Of a DNA stretch of 64,000 nucleotides, positions 48,133 through 58,809 are shown one piece after another (positions within the stretch are counted from its first letter, which is position 1; every line of letters starts with the position of its first letter). The translations under genes were made by a program, and so were the position numbers. The notes beneath the pieces are model-generated. The model had not been told where the DNA came from. It made no database searches and was given only the letters and a program-made list of their open reading frames with translations. Source of the DNA: Leptonemataceae bacterium (GTDB lineage Bacteria > Spirochaetota > Leptospiria > Leptospirales > Leptonemataceae); assembly GCA_965227295.1 (NCBI GenBank), contig OZ245742.1, forward strand, positions 2,560,001-2,624,000. Reading direction: 5' to 3'.

Positions 48133-48256
48133 AGTTTTTTCCAGGAACGTGAACATTGCATCAGCATGTTTCGCGTTGTCCGTGTTTTTTACGGTGCGAA
48201 CTCGCGTCCCGGCTACGTCTGCTATGCAGAGAGCCGGGCGCGGGGATCGTACCAAA

Positions 48257-49063
48257 ATGCGGCGAGGCGTACTGCTATGGTCCATCTGGCTGTTCATTCC
48301 GTCATTCCTGGCCGCGGATACGGTACTGCTGGAAGATGGGAACCGCATCGAGAACGTGCGGGTGATTCGCCAGGCGGCGCGCATCAACGTCGTCCATCGT
48401 GACGGCAATGTTCAATCGTATCTTCCCGGGCAGGTCCACTCCGTGGAACGTTTACCCGTTTCCTGGGAACCCACGGAGGCGGAGGAGGCGGAACGATTCG
48501 AGGCCGACTTGCAGCGACGTGCCGCCGCCGAAGCCAGGCGCGCCCGGGCTGCCGCGGAGCGAATCGCCGGGCAGCGTCGACTGCGGTACATCACAACCGC
48601 GTACCTCTCCGGTTTGTTTCCCGGCGGTGCGTTCTGGAGCCAGGACCGTTACGGCCTGGCCCTGGCCTACCACCTCGCCGGTGCCGCCCTGCTCACGGAA
48701 TACGGTGACGCGTATCAGGACCGGCGCCGCAGCCTGCGTCTCTACGAAGAGGACCGCCTGATCGTGGTCGGGACGTTCGTCGGCACCACTGTGTTTTCGG
48801 CGCCCGATCGAGATCTGAGTCTGCTCGTTTTTCTGCAACGTCTGCGGGCCCGGCGTTCGGACGTGATCAGCGCCGGCCTGCGTCAGGAGCGGGCGCTGTC
48901 GTTGTACGGCGTCCTGCTGCTCGCGGGAAGTCTGCATGCGTTTTACTTCGTTACGAGGGACGAGTCCGGCCCGGGAACGGACTCCGGCAATGCCGCACTG
49001 GAATGGTCGCTGGATATCGCCGGTAAACAGGACTATCGCTTCCGGGCGACGTGGTCTTTTTAG
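48257..49063 (+). CDS. Secreted/membrane hypothetical protein (Leptospira LA_0442-like N-terminus)
   Basis: Signal peptide, ADTVLLEDGNRIENVRV, C-terminal aromatic residue; paralogue of the next gene. Confidence 0.65.
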   Translation: MRRGVLLWSIWLFIPSFLAADTVLLEDGNRIENVRVIRQAARINVVHRDGNVQSYLPGQVHSVERLPVSWEPTEAEEAERFEADLQRRAAAEARRARAAAERIAGQRRLRYITTAYLSGLFPGGAFWSQDRYGLALAYHLAGAALLTEYGDAYQDRRRSLRLYEEDRLIVVGTFVGTTVFSAPDRDLSLLVFLQRLRARRSDVISAGLRQERALSLYGVLLLAGSLHAFYFVTRDESGPGTDSGNAALEWSLDIAGKQDYRFRATWSF

Positions 49064-49064
49064 T

Positions 49065-49934
49065 ATGATTTTACAAAAATCTTACAGTACAATTCTAGAG
49101 AGAGTGTTCCCGCTGATCACCGGAATCGTTTGCTGCTGCGCATTCTGTTGCGTGACGGCCCCCCTGACGGCGGACACGGTCTTCTTTACGGACGGCAACC
49201 GCGTCGAGAACGTGCGGGTCCTGTTCGCGTACTCCAGGGTGAACTTGATTTTCGAAGACGGCTCGGTTCAGAGTTATCGCGAGTCGAAGATTGCACGCAT
49301 TGTGAATGCCCCGGTGGCCTGGGATTCGCAGGCGGACAAAGAAGAGTTCGAACGCCGGGCCCGCCGGAAGATCGCGGAGCTTGTGGAGCGCATCGAGAGC
49401 GAGCAATGGGATGCCGTGGCGAAGATCGAAACGTTGGGCGTTCGCGCTCTCGGACGATCGGCGCTGATTCCAGGCTGGGGTCAATGGTATCTCGGGGATC
49501 GCCTTCGGGGCAGCGCGTATTTCCTCGGGGCCGCGTTCGGGATGCATCGAGTCTATTCGGATCGTCAGGCTTTGTTACGCGCCCGCGATGAGTACAACGA
49601 CCTGACGCTCCCGGCCTTGCTGACCGGAGTGACCGCGGGGCCCGGAACTCCGTCGGAGTTTACTCTGCTCGCGAATACGTTGTATTTTTCCGGTCGTCGG
49701 GATGATCTCGCCGCCGCCGCTTCCCGGGATCGACAAAACCTCGGCGTGTTGCTTGTCTTCTGGTTGTGGAACGCCGCCGACGCCTACATCTTTCGCGGCG
49801 GTGATGACAGGCTGCGCGACTTTGAGCGGCACAACGGCCCGGTGGAACTGGGCGTCATCCCGGAAGCCTGCGCGGAGCGTTCGCGCTGCGATGCCGGGAA
49901 GCGGATGCAGATCTCCCTGCTGTGGCGGTTCTGA
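49065..49934 (+). CDS. Paralogous secreted/membrane hypothetical protein
   Basis: ADTVFFTDGNRVENVRV, RSALIPGWGQWY, WLWNAADAY, ends WRF. Confidence 0.7.
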   Translation: MILQKSYSTILERVFPLITGIVCCCAFCCVTAPLTADTVFFTDGNRVENVRVLFAYSRVNLIFEDGSVQSYRESKIARIVNAPVAWDSQADKEEFERRARRKIAELVERIESEQWDAVAKIETLGVRALGRSALIPGWGQWYLGDRLRGSAYFLGAAFGMHRVYSDRQALLRARDEYNDLTLPALLTGVTAGPGTPSEFTLLANTLYFSGRRDDLAAAASRDRQNLGVLLVFWLWNAADAYIFRGGDDRLRDFERHNGPVELGVIPEACAERSRCDAGKRMQISLLWRF

Positions 49935-49942
49935 GTAAGATT

Positions 49943-51040
49943 ATGCGGCAAAGAGTTTATCAAACACACTTTGTGGTTCTGGTCGTCTCGCTGTGCGCCG
50001 GCTGCGTTCCTGTACGCTACGAGAATCCTTTTGATGCGGCCGCCTCGGTGGAGTCCGCGCTCTCGGTCCTCATCGTCAGCCGCCTGGATGAAAACATTAC
50101 CGGCACGCCCGGTCGTTCCTGGTTGCCGTTGAATACTTCGGCGGAGTTCGGGGCGCGCACGGGAGGCGTGCTCCTGACGTTCGACGATCGGCTCTGGTTC
50201 ATCGGGGGACGTAGCGATCGTTACTCCAACGTGCCGTTGGGCGGAGACGAGGCCTGGGTGTCCGAGGACGGCATTGCCTGGGATCGCGCGGCGAGCGGGC
50301 TCTTTACCGCGGACGGCCGCGCCGATGCCGGCGCTGTCGTGTTTCAGGGACGCATGTGGTTGATCGGTGGGGACACTGTTTCGGTAGCGGTGAGCAGTAC
50401 GGGGTCTTTCGAAGCCTCTACGAGCAATACGACATCCTCGGAATCGGTATGGAGCAGCACGGACGGCCGCACCTGGACCAACGCGGCGCCGGGATGTTCG
50501 AACTGTCCGATCCGCCCGGGGCGCGCCTTTGTTTGGGAGGATCGACTGTACTTTCTCAGCCGCAGTGACGGGTTGAATGCCTACCCGGTGTACATGAGCG
50601 ACGACGGCAGCACCTGGACGAAGTCGAGCACGAACATCGCTGAGCTGCTGACGTCCCCCTCGGAACCGGCGGACGTGTTTGAATTCCGCGGATCGCTGTA
50701 TGCCTTAACTAAATATTGGGATGTGTTAAGGTCCGGCGACGGATTCGACTGGGAACTGATCCATGCAGGGAGCTCGTCGGCGCCGGAAACAGGAGACGGT
50801 CTTTTGTTTAATGATCGCATGTGGGTGATGCTGAACGGTTATGCGGCCTCCCGGGCCTATTCCAGCGAGGACGGCGCCGTCTTCGTTCCCCCGCCGCAGT
50901 CCTGCTGCGAACTTCCCGCCGCCGTGGACAATGTTCGTGCTGTCGTATGGAATCGCAGACTCTGGCTGACCGGTACGGCGGGCAGCGGCTTATCCGCGGT
51001 CGGCCAGGTGTATGTCTCGTTCAACGAGGTGAATCCCTGA
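49943..51040 (+). CDS. Beta-propeller (Kelch/Asp-box-like) lipoprotein
   Basis: CAG-C lipobox; repeated F..R.W.IGG and S.DG..W units. Confidence 0.75.
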   Translation: MRQRVYQTHFVVLVVSLCAGCVPVRYENPFDAAASVESALSVLIVSRLDENITGTPGRSWLPLNTSAEFGARTGGVLLTFDDRLWFIGGRSDRYSNVPLGGDEAWVSEDGIAWDRAASGLFTADGRADAGAVVFQGRMWLIGGDTVSVAVSSTGSFEASTSNTTSSESVWSSTDGRTWTNAAPGCSNCPIRPGRAFVWEDRLYFLSRSDGLNAYPVYMSDDGSTWTKSSTNIAELLTSPSEPADVFEFRGSLYALTKYWDVLRSGDGFDWELIHAGSSSAPETGDGLLFNDRMWVMLNGYAASRAYSSEDGAVFVPPPQSCCELPAAVDNVRAVVWNRRLWLTGTAGSGLSAVGQVYVSFNEVNP

Positions 51041-51044
51041 CGAT

Positions 51045-51521
51045 CTAATTCCGTCGCCGCCAGTCCCACGGGGGTTCGGGATCGCGGTCGCGCCAGAGGC
51101 CGCGTTGGTCTTCCCGGGCCTCGCGTTCCAGGCGGATGAGTTCCGGATCGTCGGTATAACGACGATAGACCCAGGCGTAACCGCGGCGTACGAGTTCGGC
51201 GTTTACGTTGGTTGCCTCGGTCTGCGCTGTAAGATGGACCACCGCCACCAGGCGATCGTACGGATCGACGTCCCTGACTTCGAGGGTGACGTTTGCGCCG
51301 GCAACGAGTTCTGCGAGTTCGCGTTTCGCCGCGCGGCCGTAGGCCTGGCCCAGCTCCGGGGCGTCGATGCCGTGAAAGCGCACGCGTTGCGGTTCGCCGT
51401 CCGTGCTGCGCACTTCGATGGTGTCTCCGTCCGCCACGCGCACGACGGCGTAGCTGTTAACATCTGGTGCGTAGCAGCTTAGAAGGACGAGCCAGGCCGC
51501 GGCCGTTGCGCGCCCGATCAT
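51045..51521 (-). CDS. Thermonuclease (SNase) family lipoprotein
   Basis: V.DGDTI, R..GIDAPE..Q.YG, AR...RGLW, PW.WR. Confidence 0.9.
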   Translation of the reverse strand: MIGRATAAAWLVLLSCYAPDVNSYAVVRVADGDTIEVRSTDGEPQRVRFHGIDAPELGQAYGRAAKRELAELVAGANVTLEVRDVDPYDRLVAVVHLTAQTEATNVNAELVRRGYAWVYRRYTDDPELIRLEREAREDQRGLWRDRDPEPPWDWRRRN

Positions 51522-51522
51522 G

Positions 51523-52266
51523 TTACTTCTTGCTCTGGTTGGCGACGGCCTCGGCAGCTTTCTTCGCGGCTTCGGCGTCGCCCAGGTAGTAGTGTTTGAC
51601 GGGCCTTAAGTTGTCGTCGAGTTCGTAGACCAGCGGAATGCCGGTGGGGATGTTCAGCCCGGTGATGTCCTCGTCGCTGATGCCGTCCAGGTACTTGACG
51701 AGGGCGCGCAGGCTGTTGCCGTGAGCGGCGATGAGGACCTTCTTGCCGGCGCGAACCTCCGGGGCGATTTCGTTTTCCCAGGTGGGCACCACGCGTTCGA
51801 CGGTTTCCTTGAGGCTTTCGGTGGCCGGCAATTCCGCGGGAGTAAGATCCTGATAGGCAGCGAGATATTTAGGATGGCGCTCGTCGTCTTCACTGAGGGG
51901 CGGCGGCGGAGTATCGTAGGAGCGGCGCCAGACATGCACCTGATCTTCGCCGTGTTTCTCGGCGGTCTCGCTTTTGTTCAGGCCCTGCAGCGCGCCGTAG
52001 TGGCGTTCGTTCAACTTCCAGTTGCGCCGCACGGGAATCCACATGAGGTCCATTTCGTCCAGGACGATCCACAGCGTGCGAATGGCCCGCTTGAGCCGGG
52101 AGGTATAGGCGAGATCGAAGGTGTAGCCCTCGGACTTAAGCAACTGTCCGGCCGTTGTCGCCTCGGCCCGGCCCTGGTCGCTGAGATCGACGTCGTACCA
52201 TCCCGTGAAGCGGTTTTCCTGATTCCAGCGGCTCTGGCCGTGTCGTACGAGAACGAGTTTGAACAT
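51523..52266 (-). CDS. gpmA: 2,3-BPG-dependent phosphoglycerate mutase
   Basis: LVRHGQS.WN.ENRFTGW, LNERHYG.LQG, AHGNSLR. Confidence 0.97.
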   Translation of the reverse strand: MFKLVLVRHGQSRWNQENRFTGWYDVDLSDQGRAEATTAGQLLKSEGYTFDLAYTSRLKRAIRTLWIVLDEMDLMWIPVRRNWKLNERHYGALQGLNKSETAEKHGEDQVHVWRRSYDTPPPPLSEDDERHPKYLAAYQDLTPAELPATESLKETVERVVPTWENEIAPEVRAGKKVLIAAHGNSLRALVKYLDGISDEDITGLNIPTGIPLVYELDDNLRPVKHYYLGDAEAAKKAAEAVANQSKK

Positions 52267-52390
52267 GCGTGGCTCCGTTTGCGCGGCGACCGGGAAATAC
52301 TTGCCTCATGCGGTCGCAGAATTATTGTCGAACATATTCCGACGCTGGATGCTGCCGTCAAGCCATCCCCGCGCCGGCCAGACCGAAGCC

Positions 52391-52615
52391 ATGCATCCGA
52401 ATTCCGCCGGCACCGTAGTAAAGCACGAGACGAAACGCTGCCCGCGCTGCGACGCGTCGTTTGTCTGTCGCGTGGGGGATGTTGTTAACTGTCAGTGTTC
52501 AGAAGTTAGCATCGATACTGCCGGTCGCGAACGCATCGGCCGCTGGCTGTCGGAACACTCCTCCGGCGATTGTCTCTGCGCCGGCTGTCTGCGCGAGCTG
52601 GCCGCGGACGCATAG
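52391..52615 (+). CDS. Cysteine-rich CWC family protein
   Basis: CPRC...F.C......C.C...CLC..CL. Confidence 0.75.
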   Translation: MHPNSAGTVVKHETKRCPRCDASFVCRVGDVVNCQCSEVSIDTAGRERIGRWLSEHSSGDCLCAGCLRELAADA

Positions 52616-52636
52616 CTTTCATTGGGGAAAACTCAT

Positions 52637-52963
52637 ATGACCGATCTGGACGCCGTTCGAAAAAAACTGGAAGACCGTCGCCGTACCTTGCTGGAACGCG
52701 ACGAACGTCTTACGCGGGACATTCGCCATACGGAAGCACCGCCGAAGGCGGACTCCGGGGAGCGCGCCCTGGATCAGGAAAACGACGAGGTCCTCGATGC
52801 CCTGGACGAAGCGACCCGGGAAGAGATCCGGGCTATCGACGCCGCCCTGGGGCGTTTGGCCGGCGGCCAGTACGGGCAGTGCACGACCTGCGGCAAAACG
52901 ATCGATGCGCGACGCCTGGAGTTCATTCCCCATGCGGCGCAGTGCGCGACCTGTGCAGCCTGA
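52637..52963 (+). CDS. TraR/DksA C4-type zinc finger protein
   Basis: I..AL.R...GQYG.C..CG..I...RLE..P....C..C. Confidence 0.88.
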   Translation: MTDLDAVRKKLEDRRRTLLERDERLTRDIRHTEAPPKADSGERALDQENDEVLDALDEATREEIRAIDAALGRLAGGQYGQCTTCGKTIDARRLEFIPHAAQCATCAA

Positions 52964-52982
52964 GCGCTGAGTCCGCGTTGCC

Positions 52983-53558
52983 ATGATCGAATGGATCGCC
53001 GTCGTCTTCGGCTTTGTCTGCGTTGTACTTACCGTGCGTCAGAACATATGGTGTTGGCCCGCGGGGCTCATCCAGGTCTTGCTGTACATTTATGTCTTCT
53101 ACGAGGCGAAGCTGTACTCCGACGTTATCCTGCACATCGTTTACGTCTTTCTTCAGTTTTACGGTTGGTACCACTGGCTCTACGGCGGCACTCGCTTTCA
53201 CGATCTGCCCGTAACTTCCTCCGGCTGGATGTTTGCGCCCTGGCTGTGCGGCGTTCTGGCCGGTAGTTACCTGTGGGGCTTCGGCATGGAGCGATACACC
53301 GACGCCGCGATACCATACGGCGACGCCTTCACCACGGTAGCGTCTCTGGCCGCGCAGTACCTGCTCGCGCGGAAACAACTGGAATCGTGGTTGCTCTGGA
53401 TCGCGGTGGACATCGTGGCCGTGTGGATCTACCAGGAGAAGGCTCTGTATCCGACGGCGATGCTGTATGGCGTGTTTCTCGTGCTCGCGACGTTGGGATT
53501 TCTCGCATGGCGAAAGTCGATGCAGGAACATCGTGGCGATGCACAGACGCGTCCTTGA
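52983..53558 (+). CDS. pnuC: PnuC family vitamin/nicotinamide riboside transporter
   Basis: WP.G, YGWYHW, DAFTT..S..AQ.L.ARK.LE.W..WI.VD. Confidence 0.9.
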   Translation: MIEWIAVVFGFVCVVLTVRQNIWCWPAGLIQVLLYIYVFYEAKLYSDVILHIVYVFLQFYGWYHWLYGGTRFHDLPVTSSGWMFAPWLCGVLAGSYLWGFGMERYTDAAIPYGDAFTTVASLAAQYLLARKQLESWLLWIAVDIVAVWIYQEKALYPTAMLYGVFLVLATLGFLAWRKSMQEHRGDAQTRP

Positions 53559-53643
53559 CTTTCCCGGCGCGCGTGTCATCTTACTGCTCACGCTTTGAAA
53601 GATTCTGTTGCGCCATTACGCATGCAGCGGAACCTTCGACGAC

Positions 53644-55239
53644 ATGAGCACGCCCGCGGAAACAAAGTACATTCTGACGATCGATCTCGGCACGTCCGGT
53701 CCCAAGGTTTCGCTTTACGATACCCAGGCGCGGCAGGTGCCGGGGGCCGCGGAGTTCGAAGAAACCCCGGTGCACCTGAGTCCCGGCGGGGGAGCGGAGC
53801 AGGATCCGGATGATTGGTGGCGCGCGATCACGACGGCGTCGCGAAGATTGCTCAAGCGGAATCTGGTGCCGCTTGCGGATGTCGTGGCCGTGTGTTGCAC
53901 GTCGCAGTGGTCCGGCACCGTCGCCGTGGATGAAAGCGGTCGGCACCTGGGCAATGCCGTCATCTGGATGGATTCGCGCGGCGCGAAGTACGTAAAGCAA
54001 ATTGCCGACGGCATCGTAAAATTCGAAGGCTACGGCGTCTCGAAGATCTGGAAGTGGCTGCGGATTACCGGCGGTATCCCCGGGAATTCCGGCAAGGATC
54101 CCATCGCGCACATCCTCTATTTGAAGCATGAGTACCCGGAAATTTATCGTAAGACTTTTAACTTTCTGGAGCCTAAAGATTATATCAATGTACGTTTAAG
54201 CGGAAAATTCGCCGCTTCGTACGACAGCATCGCGCTGCACTGGGTCACGGACAATCGGGACATTGCGAACGTGCGCTACCACGACGGCCTGCTGAAACTC
54301 GCGGGCATTGAACGCGAGAAGTTGCCGGAGCTGAAAGAGGCCGTGGACGTGCTCGGCCCGCTTTCGCAAGAGGCGGCCCGGGACCTGGGCCTGGCCGACG
54401 CCGGCGAGATCCACGTCATAATGGGCACGCCGGATTTACACAGCGCTGCCGTGGGCTCCGGTGCGGTGCGCGACTTCGAAGGGCATCTCTACATCGGCAC
54501 CAGCTCCTGGCTGACGTGCCATGTACCGTACAAAAAAGTCGACATCTTTCACAACATGACGACGCTGCCGTCGGCCATCCCGCGCCGTTACTTCATCGCC
54601 AACGAGCAGGAGAGCGCCGGGGCCTGCCTGAAGTATCTGCGCGACGTTATGTTTTATCCGGAGGACGCCCTGGAAAGCGGCCGGCCGCCGGAGGACATCT
54701 TTCGGCGCTTCGACGAACTGGCGGAAAGCGTAAGTGCGGGCGCGGATAAGTTAATCTTTTTGCCCTGGTTGTACGGGGAGCGCACGCCGGTGGAAGATCA
54801 TCACGTGCGCGGCGGGTTTTACAATCAGAGTCTGTCCACGACGCGGGCGCACATGATTCGCGCCGTGCTGGAAGGCGTGGCCTACAACTCGCGCTGGTTG
54901 TTGGGCGCCGTCGAGAACTTCATCAAACGCAAGTTCGATGTGATTCACATGATCGGCGGCGGCGCGAACAGTGAGCTGTGGTGCCGCATTCACGCCGACG
55001 TGCTGGATCGTGAGATCAAGCAGATCCAGGATCCCATCCAGGCCAACTCCAGGGGCGCGGCCTGTCTCGCCGCCGTGGCCCTGGGTTACATGCGCTTTGA
55101 GGACGTCGCCGATCGCGTGGAGGTGCGGAAGACCTTTCATCCGAACCCGGCGAACCGCGCCATCTACGACGAACTCTTCGGAGAGTTTTTGAACATTTAC
55201 AAGGCGAACAAGAAAATTTACGCGCGGCTGAATCGTTAA
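53644..55239 (+). CDS. FGGY family carbohydrate kinase (xylulokinase-like)
   Basis: [43 protein letters not shown]. Confidence 0.9.
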   Translation: MSTPAETKYILTIDLGTSGPKVSLYDTQARQVPGAAEFEETPVHLSPGGGAEQDPDDWWRAITTASRRLLKRNLVPLADVVAVCCTSQWSGTVAVDESGRHLGNAVIWMDSRGAKYVKQIADGIVKFEGYGVSKIWKWLRITGGIPGNSGKDPIAHILYLKHEYPEIYRKTFNFLEPKDYINVRLSGKFAASYDSIALHWVTDNRDIANVRYHDGLLKLAGIEREKLPELKEAVDVLGPLSQEAARDLGLADAGEIHVIMGTPDLHSAAVGSGAVRDFEGHLYIGTSSWLTCHVPYKKVDIFHNMTTLPSAIPRRYFIANEQESAGACLKYLRDVMFYPEDALESGRPPEDIFRRFDELAESVSAGADKLIFLPWLYGERTPVEDHHVRGGFYNQSLSTTRAHMIRAVLEGVAYNSRWLLGAVENFIKRKFDVIHMIGGGANSELWCRIHADVLDREIKQIQDPIQANSRGAACLAAVALGYMRFEDVADRVEVRKTFHPNPANRAIYDELFGEFLNIYKANKKIYARLNR

Positions 55240-55271
55240 TATTTACGCCGCAAATATTAAGAGAATCATCT

Positions 55272-56783
55272 ATGGATATGCTGGACTTTGTACAGACAAA
55301 ATTGAGCTGGGTGCCCGCGCCGCTTATGGCCCGCCTGGAACGCCTGGCCAAACGCATCCCCGCCGTGCGCAAAGAGATCGAGAAGCAGTACGATGAGCTG
55401 CTCGGCGGTGAGATGGAGGAGGGGCTCAAACCCTATCGGGATTCCCACGCCGTGCATTCGGCGCTGCCGCGCAAGGGCGAGTCCCGCACGAAGATCTTGA
55501 AAGAAGTTCAGGATCTGAAGAAACGCGAGGAGGCTCGCTGGAAAAAGGGCTTTGTCTCCGGCGCGGTGTATCACGGCGACGATGCGCACATCGATTTTCT
55601 CAATAAGATCTACGCCGTTCAGTCACAGACGAATCCGCTGCACTCGGATCTCTGGCCCTCGATCACGAAGTTCGAGGCGGAGATCGTCTCGATGACGGCG
55701 AACATGCTCGGGGCCGCACAGGCTCCGGATGAAATCGTCGGCTGTGTTTCTTCCGGCGGCACCGAATCGATCCTGCTGGCCATGAAGGCCTATCGCGATT
55801 ACGCCCGGCAGGCGCGCGGGATTTCCCGGCCCAATATCGTGGCGCCGGTTACGGCCCACGCGGCCTTCGACAAGGCCGCCGAATTTTTTAACATTCAGCT
55901 ACGTAAAGCTAAGATCGGCCCGGACTACCGCGCGGACGTCGCCGACGTGAAACGCCGCACGGACTCCAATACCATTTGCATCGTGGGCTCGGCGCCGACA
56001 TTCCCGCACGGCGTCATCGACCCCATTGAGGAACTTTCGGAGTTCGCGCGGGGGAAGGGCATCCCCTTTCACACGGATGCCTGCCTGGGCGGATTTGTAC
56101 TGCCCTTCGCGGAGAAACTCGGGGCCCCGGTGCCGCCGTTCGACTTTCGCCTGCCCGGCGTCACCAGCATGTCCGCGGATACGCATAAGTTCGGTTACGC
56201 CTCGAAGGGCACGTCCGTGGTGCTCTATCGCGGTCGAGAATTTCGTCATTATCAGTTCTTTACGATTACCGATTGGCCCGGCGGCATGTACTTCTCGCCG
56301 ACCTTCGCCGGCAGCCGGCCGGGCGCCCTCTCCGCGGTTTGCTGGGCCGCCATGGTCTCCATGGGGGAGCAGGGTTACTTAGATGCTACGAAAAAGATCT
56401 TAAGCACCGCCGCGAAGATTCGCGAGGGCATCGAGGCGATCCCGGAGCTGCGGGTTTTCGGTGATCCGCTCTGGGTGATCGCCTTCGGCAGCGATGAACT
56501 GGATATATATCGCGTAATGGAATTCATGACCGAGCGGCACTGGAACCTGAACGGATTGCATAAGCCGTCCTGCGTGCACATTTGCGTGACGTTGCGCCAC
56601 ACGCAATCCGGCGTGGCCGCGCGTTTCTTGAAAGATTTACGCGCGGCCGTGGAACACGTAAAGGCGCATCCGGCGAAAGAGGGCGGCATGGCCCCGGTCT
56701 ACGGCATGGCGGCGACGTTGCCCATGCGCGGGCTGGTGAGTGAAATGTTGAAGCGTTATCTTGACCTGGTGTATAAGGTGTGA
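55272..56783 (+). CDS. Sphingosine-1-phosphate lyase-like PLP enzyme
   Basis: [54 protein letters not shown]. Confidence 0.85.
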   Translation: MDMLDFVQTKLSWVPAPLMARLERLAKRIPAVRKEIEKQYDELLGGEMEEGLKPYRDSHAVHSALPRKGESRTKILKEVQDLKKREEARWKKGFVSGAVYHGDDAHIDFLNKIYAVQSQTNPLHSDLWPSITKFEAEIVSMTANMLGAAQAPDEIVGCVSSGGTESILLAMKAYRDYARQARGISRPNIVAPVTAHAAFDKAAEFFNIQLRKAKIGPDYRADVADVKRRTDSNTICIVGSAPTFPHGVIDPIEELSEFARGKGIPFHTDACLGGFVLPFAEKLGAPVPPFDFRLPGVTSMSADTHKFGYASKGTSVVLYRGREFRHYQFFTITDWPGGMYFSPTFAGSRPGALSAVCWAAMVSMGEQGYLDATKKILSTAAKIREGIEAIPELRVFGDPLWVIAFGSDELDIYRVMEFMTERHWNLNGLHKPSCVHICVTLRHTQSGVAARFLKDLRAAVEHVKAHPAKEGGMAPVYGMAATLPMRGLVSEMLKRYLDLVYKV

Positions 56784-56878
56784 TGGCTAATGTGCGGAGT
56801 CTAAAGATTTGCGCTAAAAAAAGCCGGAGAGTTGTTGCCGTATAATACGCTCTTGCTAAGATTCGGCGAGGGGATCTT

Positions 56879-58084
56879 ATGCAATCTTTGTACATTCGCA
56901 TCGGTACGTTAATTCTAAGCATTTCATTGATCATCGTAGTCTTCTTCGGCGACGCTCTCTCCGGAGATGACAAAAAGGAAATCCACCTGCCCGTGGACCG
57001 CGTGGCACATCTCTATCACGGAACGCTCCTGGACGAAAAACGCCGCGAACTCAAGCTGAAGCCGGCGGAGATCATCTTCATGCAGGATTCGTTGATCGAG
57101 TACCTGCTGAAGTATGAAAGCGCTTCATTAAACAGCATGGCCGCGCGCTGGTTGAAGGGCATGAAGGAACTCATGCCCTCCGAGGGCGAGGAGATGATAC
57201 TCAAACACGCGGTTCTGAACATGATCCTGAAAAAAGGTAAGAGCCGGGAACGCCTGGAGTACAAAGTCAAGTACGACATCCTGTTACCCGCTATATGGCT
57301 CTGGCAGCGTCCCCTGGAGCTACGCATCTTCGTCCTTGATTGGGCCGAGGAGTTCGAGCTGTACTCCTGGATAGACCAAATCGCCGAATCGTCCGGTGAT
57401 TACATAAAAGATTGTCGCGCGGCCGGTGTGCCGATTCCGCCGGATTGGCCGGACGAACGCTGGAAGTACCAGGGAACTCTGACCTTTACCTTCATTGAGC
57501 AGGGCCGCGAAGAAACAAAGGTATATGCGTATCTCGATCCGGAACTGAAGGGCGCGTGCATTGCCCTGCCGCGGATTAACGACGGCAAAATCGAACCGCT
57601 GGGATTCATCTGCCAGGGCTACGAATCCGGCCGCGCGTGTTTTTGGGACAACATCAGCCGTAAGAGTGGGACGAAGCTCCGCGGCCCGGAGGACGAGTTA
57701 TCGTTTAAGATCGCGGACATCCAGGGGGGCGACGTGCTCGCCGACAACTGCACCGAGTGCCATCGCGGCGAAAATGCCTTCATGATTCATCCGCAAACGC
57801 CGCTGCAACTCCCGGCCCCTTACGAAACCAGAACGTATCGCCGCTACGATCCCCTGGGACAGGCCGATTGGAGCAATCCCCCGTATCACGACTTCCCCGA
57901 CGGCGACGCCGCTGCATGCGAGGCCTGTCATAAGGTGCCGCAATTGCACTTGCGCTTTTGTGCTCTACTCGTTTCGGCGGCGGATTACTCCATGCCTTCG
58001 CAGAGTGATCCGGTGGGCTGGGATAATCCGCAGGGGTACGCCGCGGCGAGCATGAATCATTTGAAAGAGGCCTGCGGAGATTAG
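56879..58084 (+). CDS. Exported protein with two CxxCH heme c motifs
   Basis: Signal peptide; CTECH and CEACH. Confidence 0.65.
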   Translation: MQSLYIRIGTLILSISLIIVVFFGDALSGDDKKEIHLPVDRVAHLYHGTLLDEKRRELKLKPAEIIFMQDSLIEYLLKYESASLNSMAARWLKGMKELMPSEGEEMILKHAVLNMILKKGKSRERLEYKVKYDILLPAIWLWQRPLELRIFVLDWAEEFELYSWIDQIAESSGDYIKDCRAAGVPIPPDWPDERWKYQGTLTFTFIEQGREETKVYAYLDPELKGACIALPRINDGKIEPLGFICQGYESGRACFWDNISRKSGTKLRGPEDELSFKIADIQGGDVLADNCTECHRGENAFMIHPQTPLQLPAPYETRTYRRYDPLGQADWSNPPYHDFPDGDAAACEACHKVPQLHLRFCALLVSAADYSMPSQSDPVGWDNPQGYAAASMNHLKEACGD

Positions 58085-58101
58085 TAATATGCCGGCCGCC
58101 G

Positions 58102-58722
58102 TCAACGACTCGCCGGCAACCAGGTCGTCTCCGGCAGCTCCGGAATCACTAACTTGCCTTCAGAATTAATTACGCCTACGATATCTTTGCGCAGGGCCAG
58201 CACGAACGTTATGCGGTCCCCTTCTTGCAGCGTTTCGTAGAAGTGCTCAAAGATGAGTTTGCCGCTGTCGCGGAGCACCGAGTCCGCGGCGGCGCTCGGT
58301 CGGCCGCGGCTCAGATAAAACAGCTCCGTCCGATCTTCCAGCCTGCTCAGCGGGCTGCGCTCGCCGTCCGCTTTCACGGTAAAGGCCTCCTGAACTTCCA
58401 GGCCCAGGTGCCTGCTCTTGCGATCCGTGCTCAGGCCGCGATCTTTCACGATGCCGTCGATGACGTAGACGTTGGTGGGATCGTAGGCGGAGATGGTGTA
58501 CAGAGTGAGCCCGCCGGCGAGCAGCGCGCCGAGGGCGAGAATGCCCGCGGGAATGCCGAAGTGCGCGAGGCTGGACTTGCCCATCGTACTTACAAAGCCG
58601 AACACGGAAAACATGGCGAACGCCGCGAAGAGCAGGACGTAGGCCCGGTAGCGTTCAAACAAAAGTTGATCCGCGTAGGGTAAGACCTGAGAATATACTG
58701 CGCTCCAGTCGACAATGTCCAT
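58102..58722 (-). CDS. Hypothetical membrane protein
   Basis: Two TM helices plus soluble C-terminus; GGAG RBS. Confidence 0.65.
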   Translation of the reverse strand: MDIVDWSAVYSQVLPYADQLLFERYRAYVLLFAAFAMFSVFGFVSTMGKSSLAHFGIPAGILALGALLAGGLTLYTISAYDPTNVYVIDGIVKDRGLSTDRKSRHLGLEVQEAFTVKADGERSPLSRLEDRTELFYLSRGRPSAAADSVLRDSGKLIFEHFYETLQEGDRITFVLALRKDIVGVINSEGKLVIPELPETTWLPASR

Positions 58723-58809
58723 GCCAGCTCCCCGGGCGTGTCGCCCGCCGGAAAAATTGCACTTGCGTGCGTGCAGTGCAAGCAGGAATTATCGGAAAGC
58801 GTAATCTGC

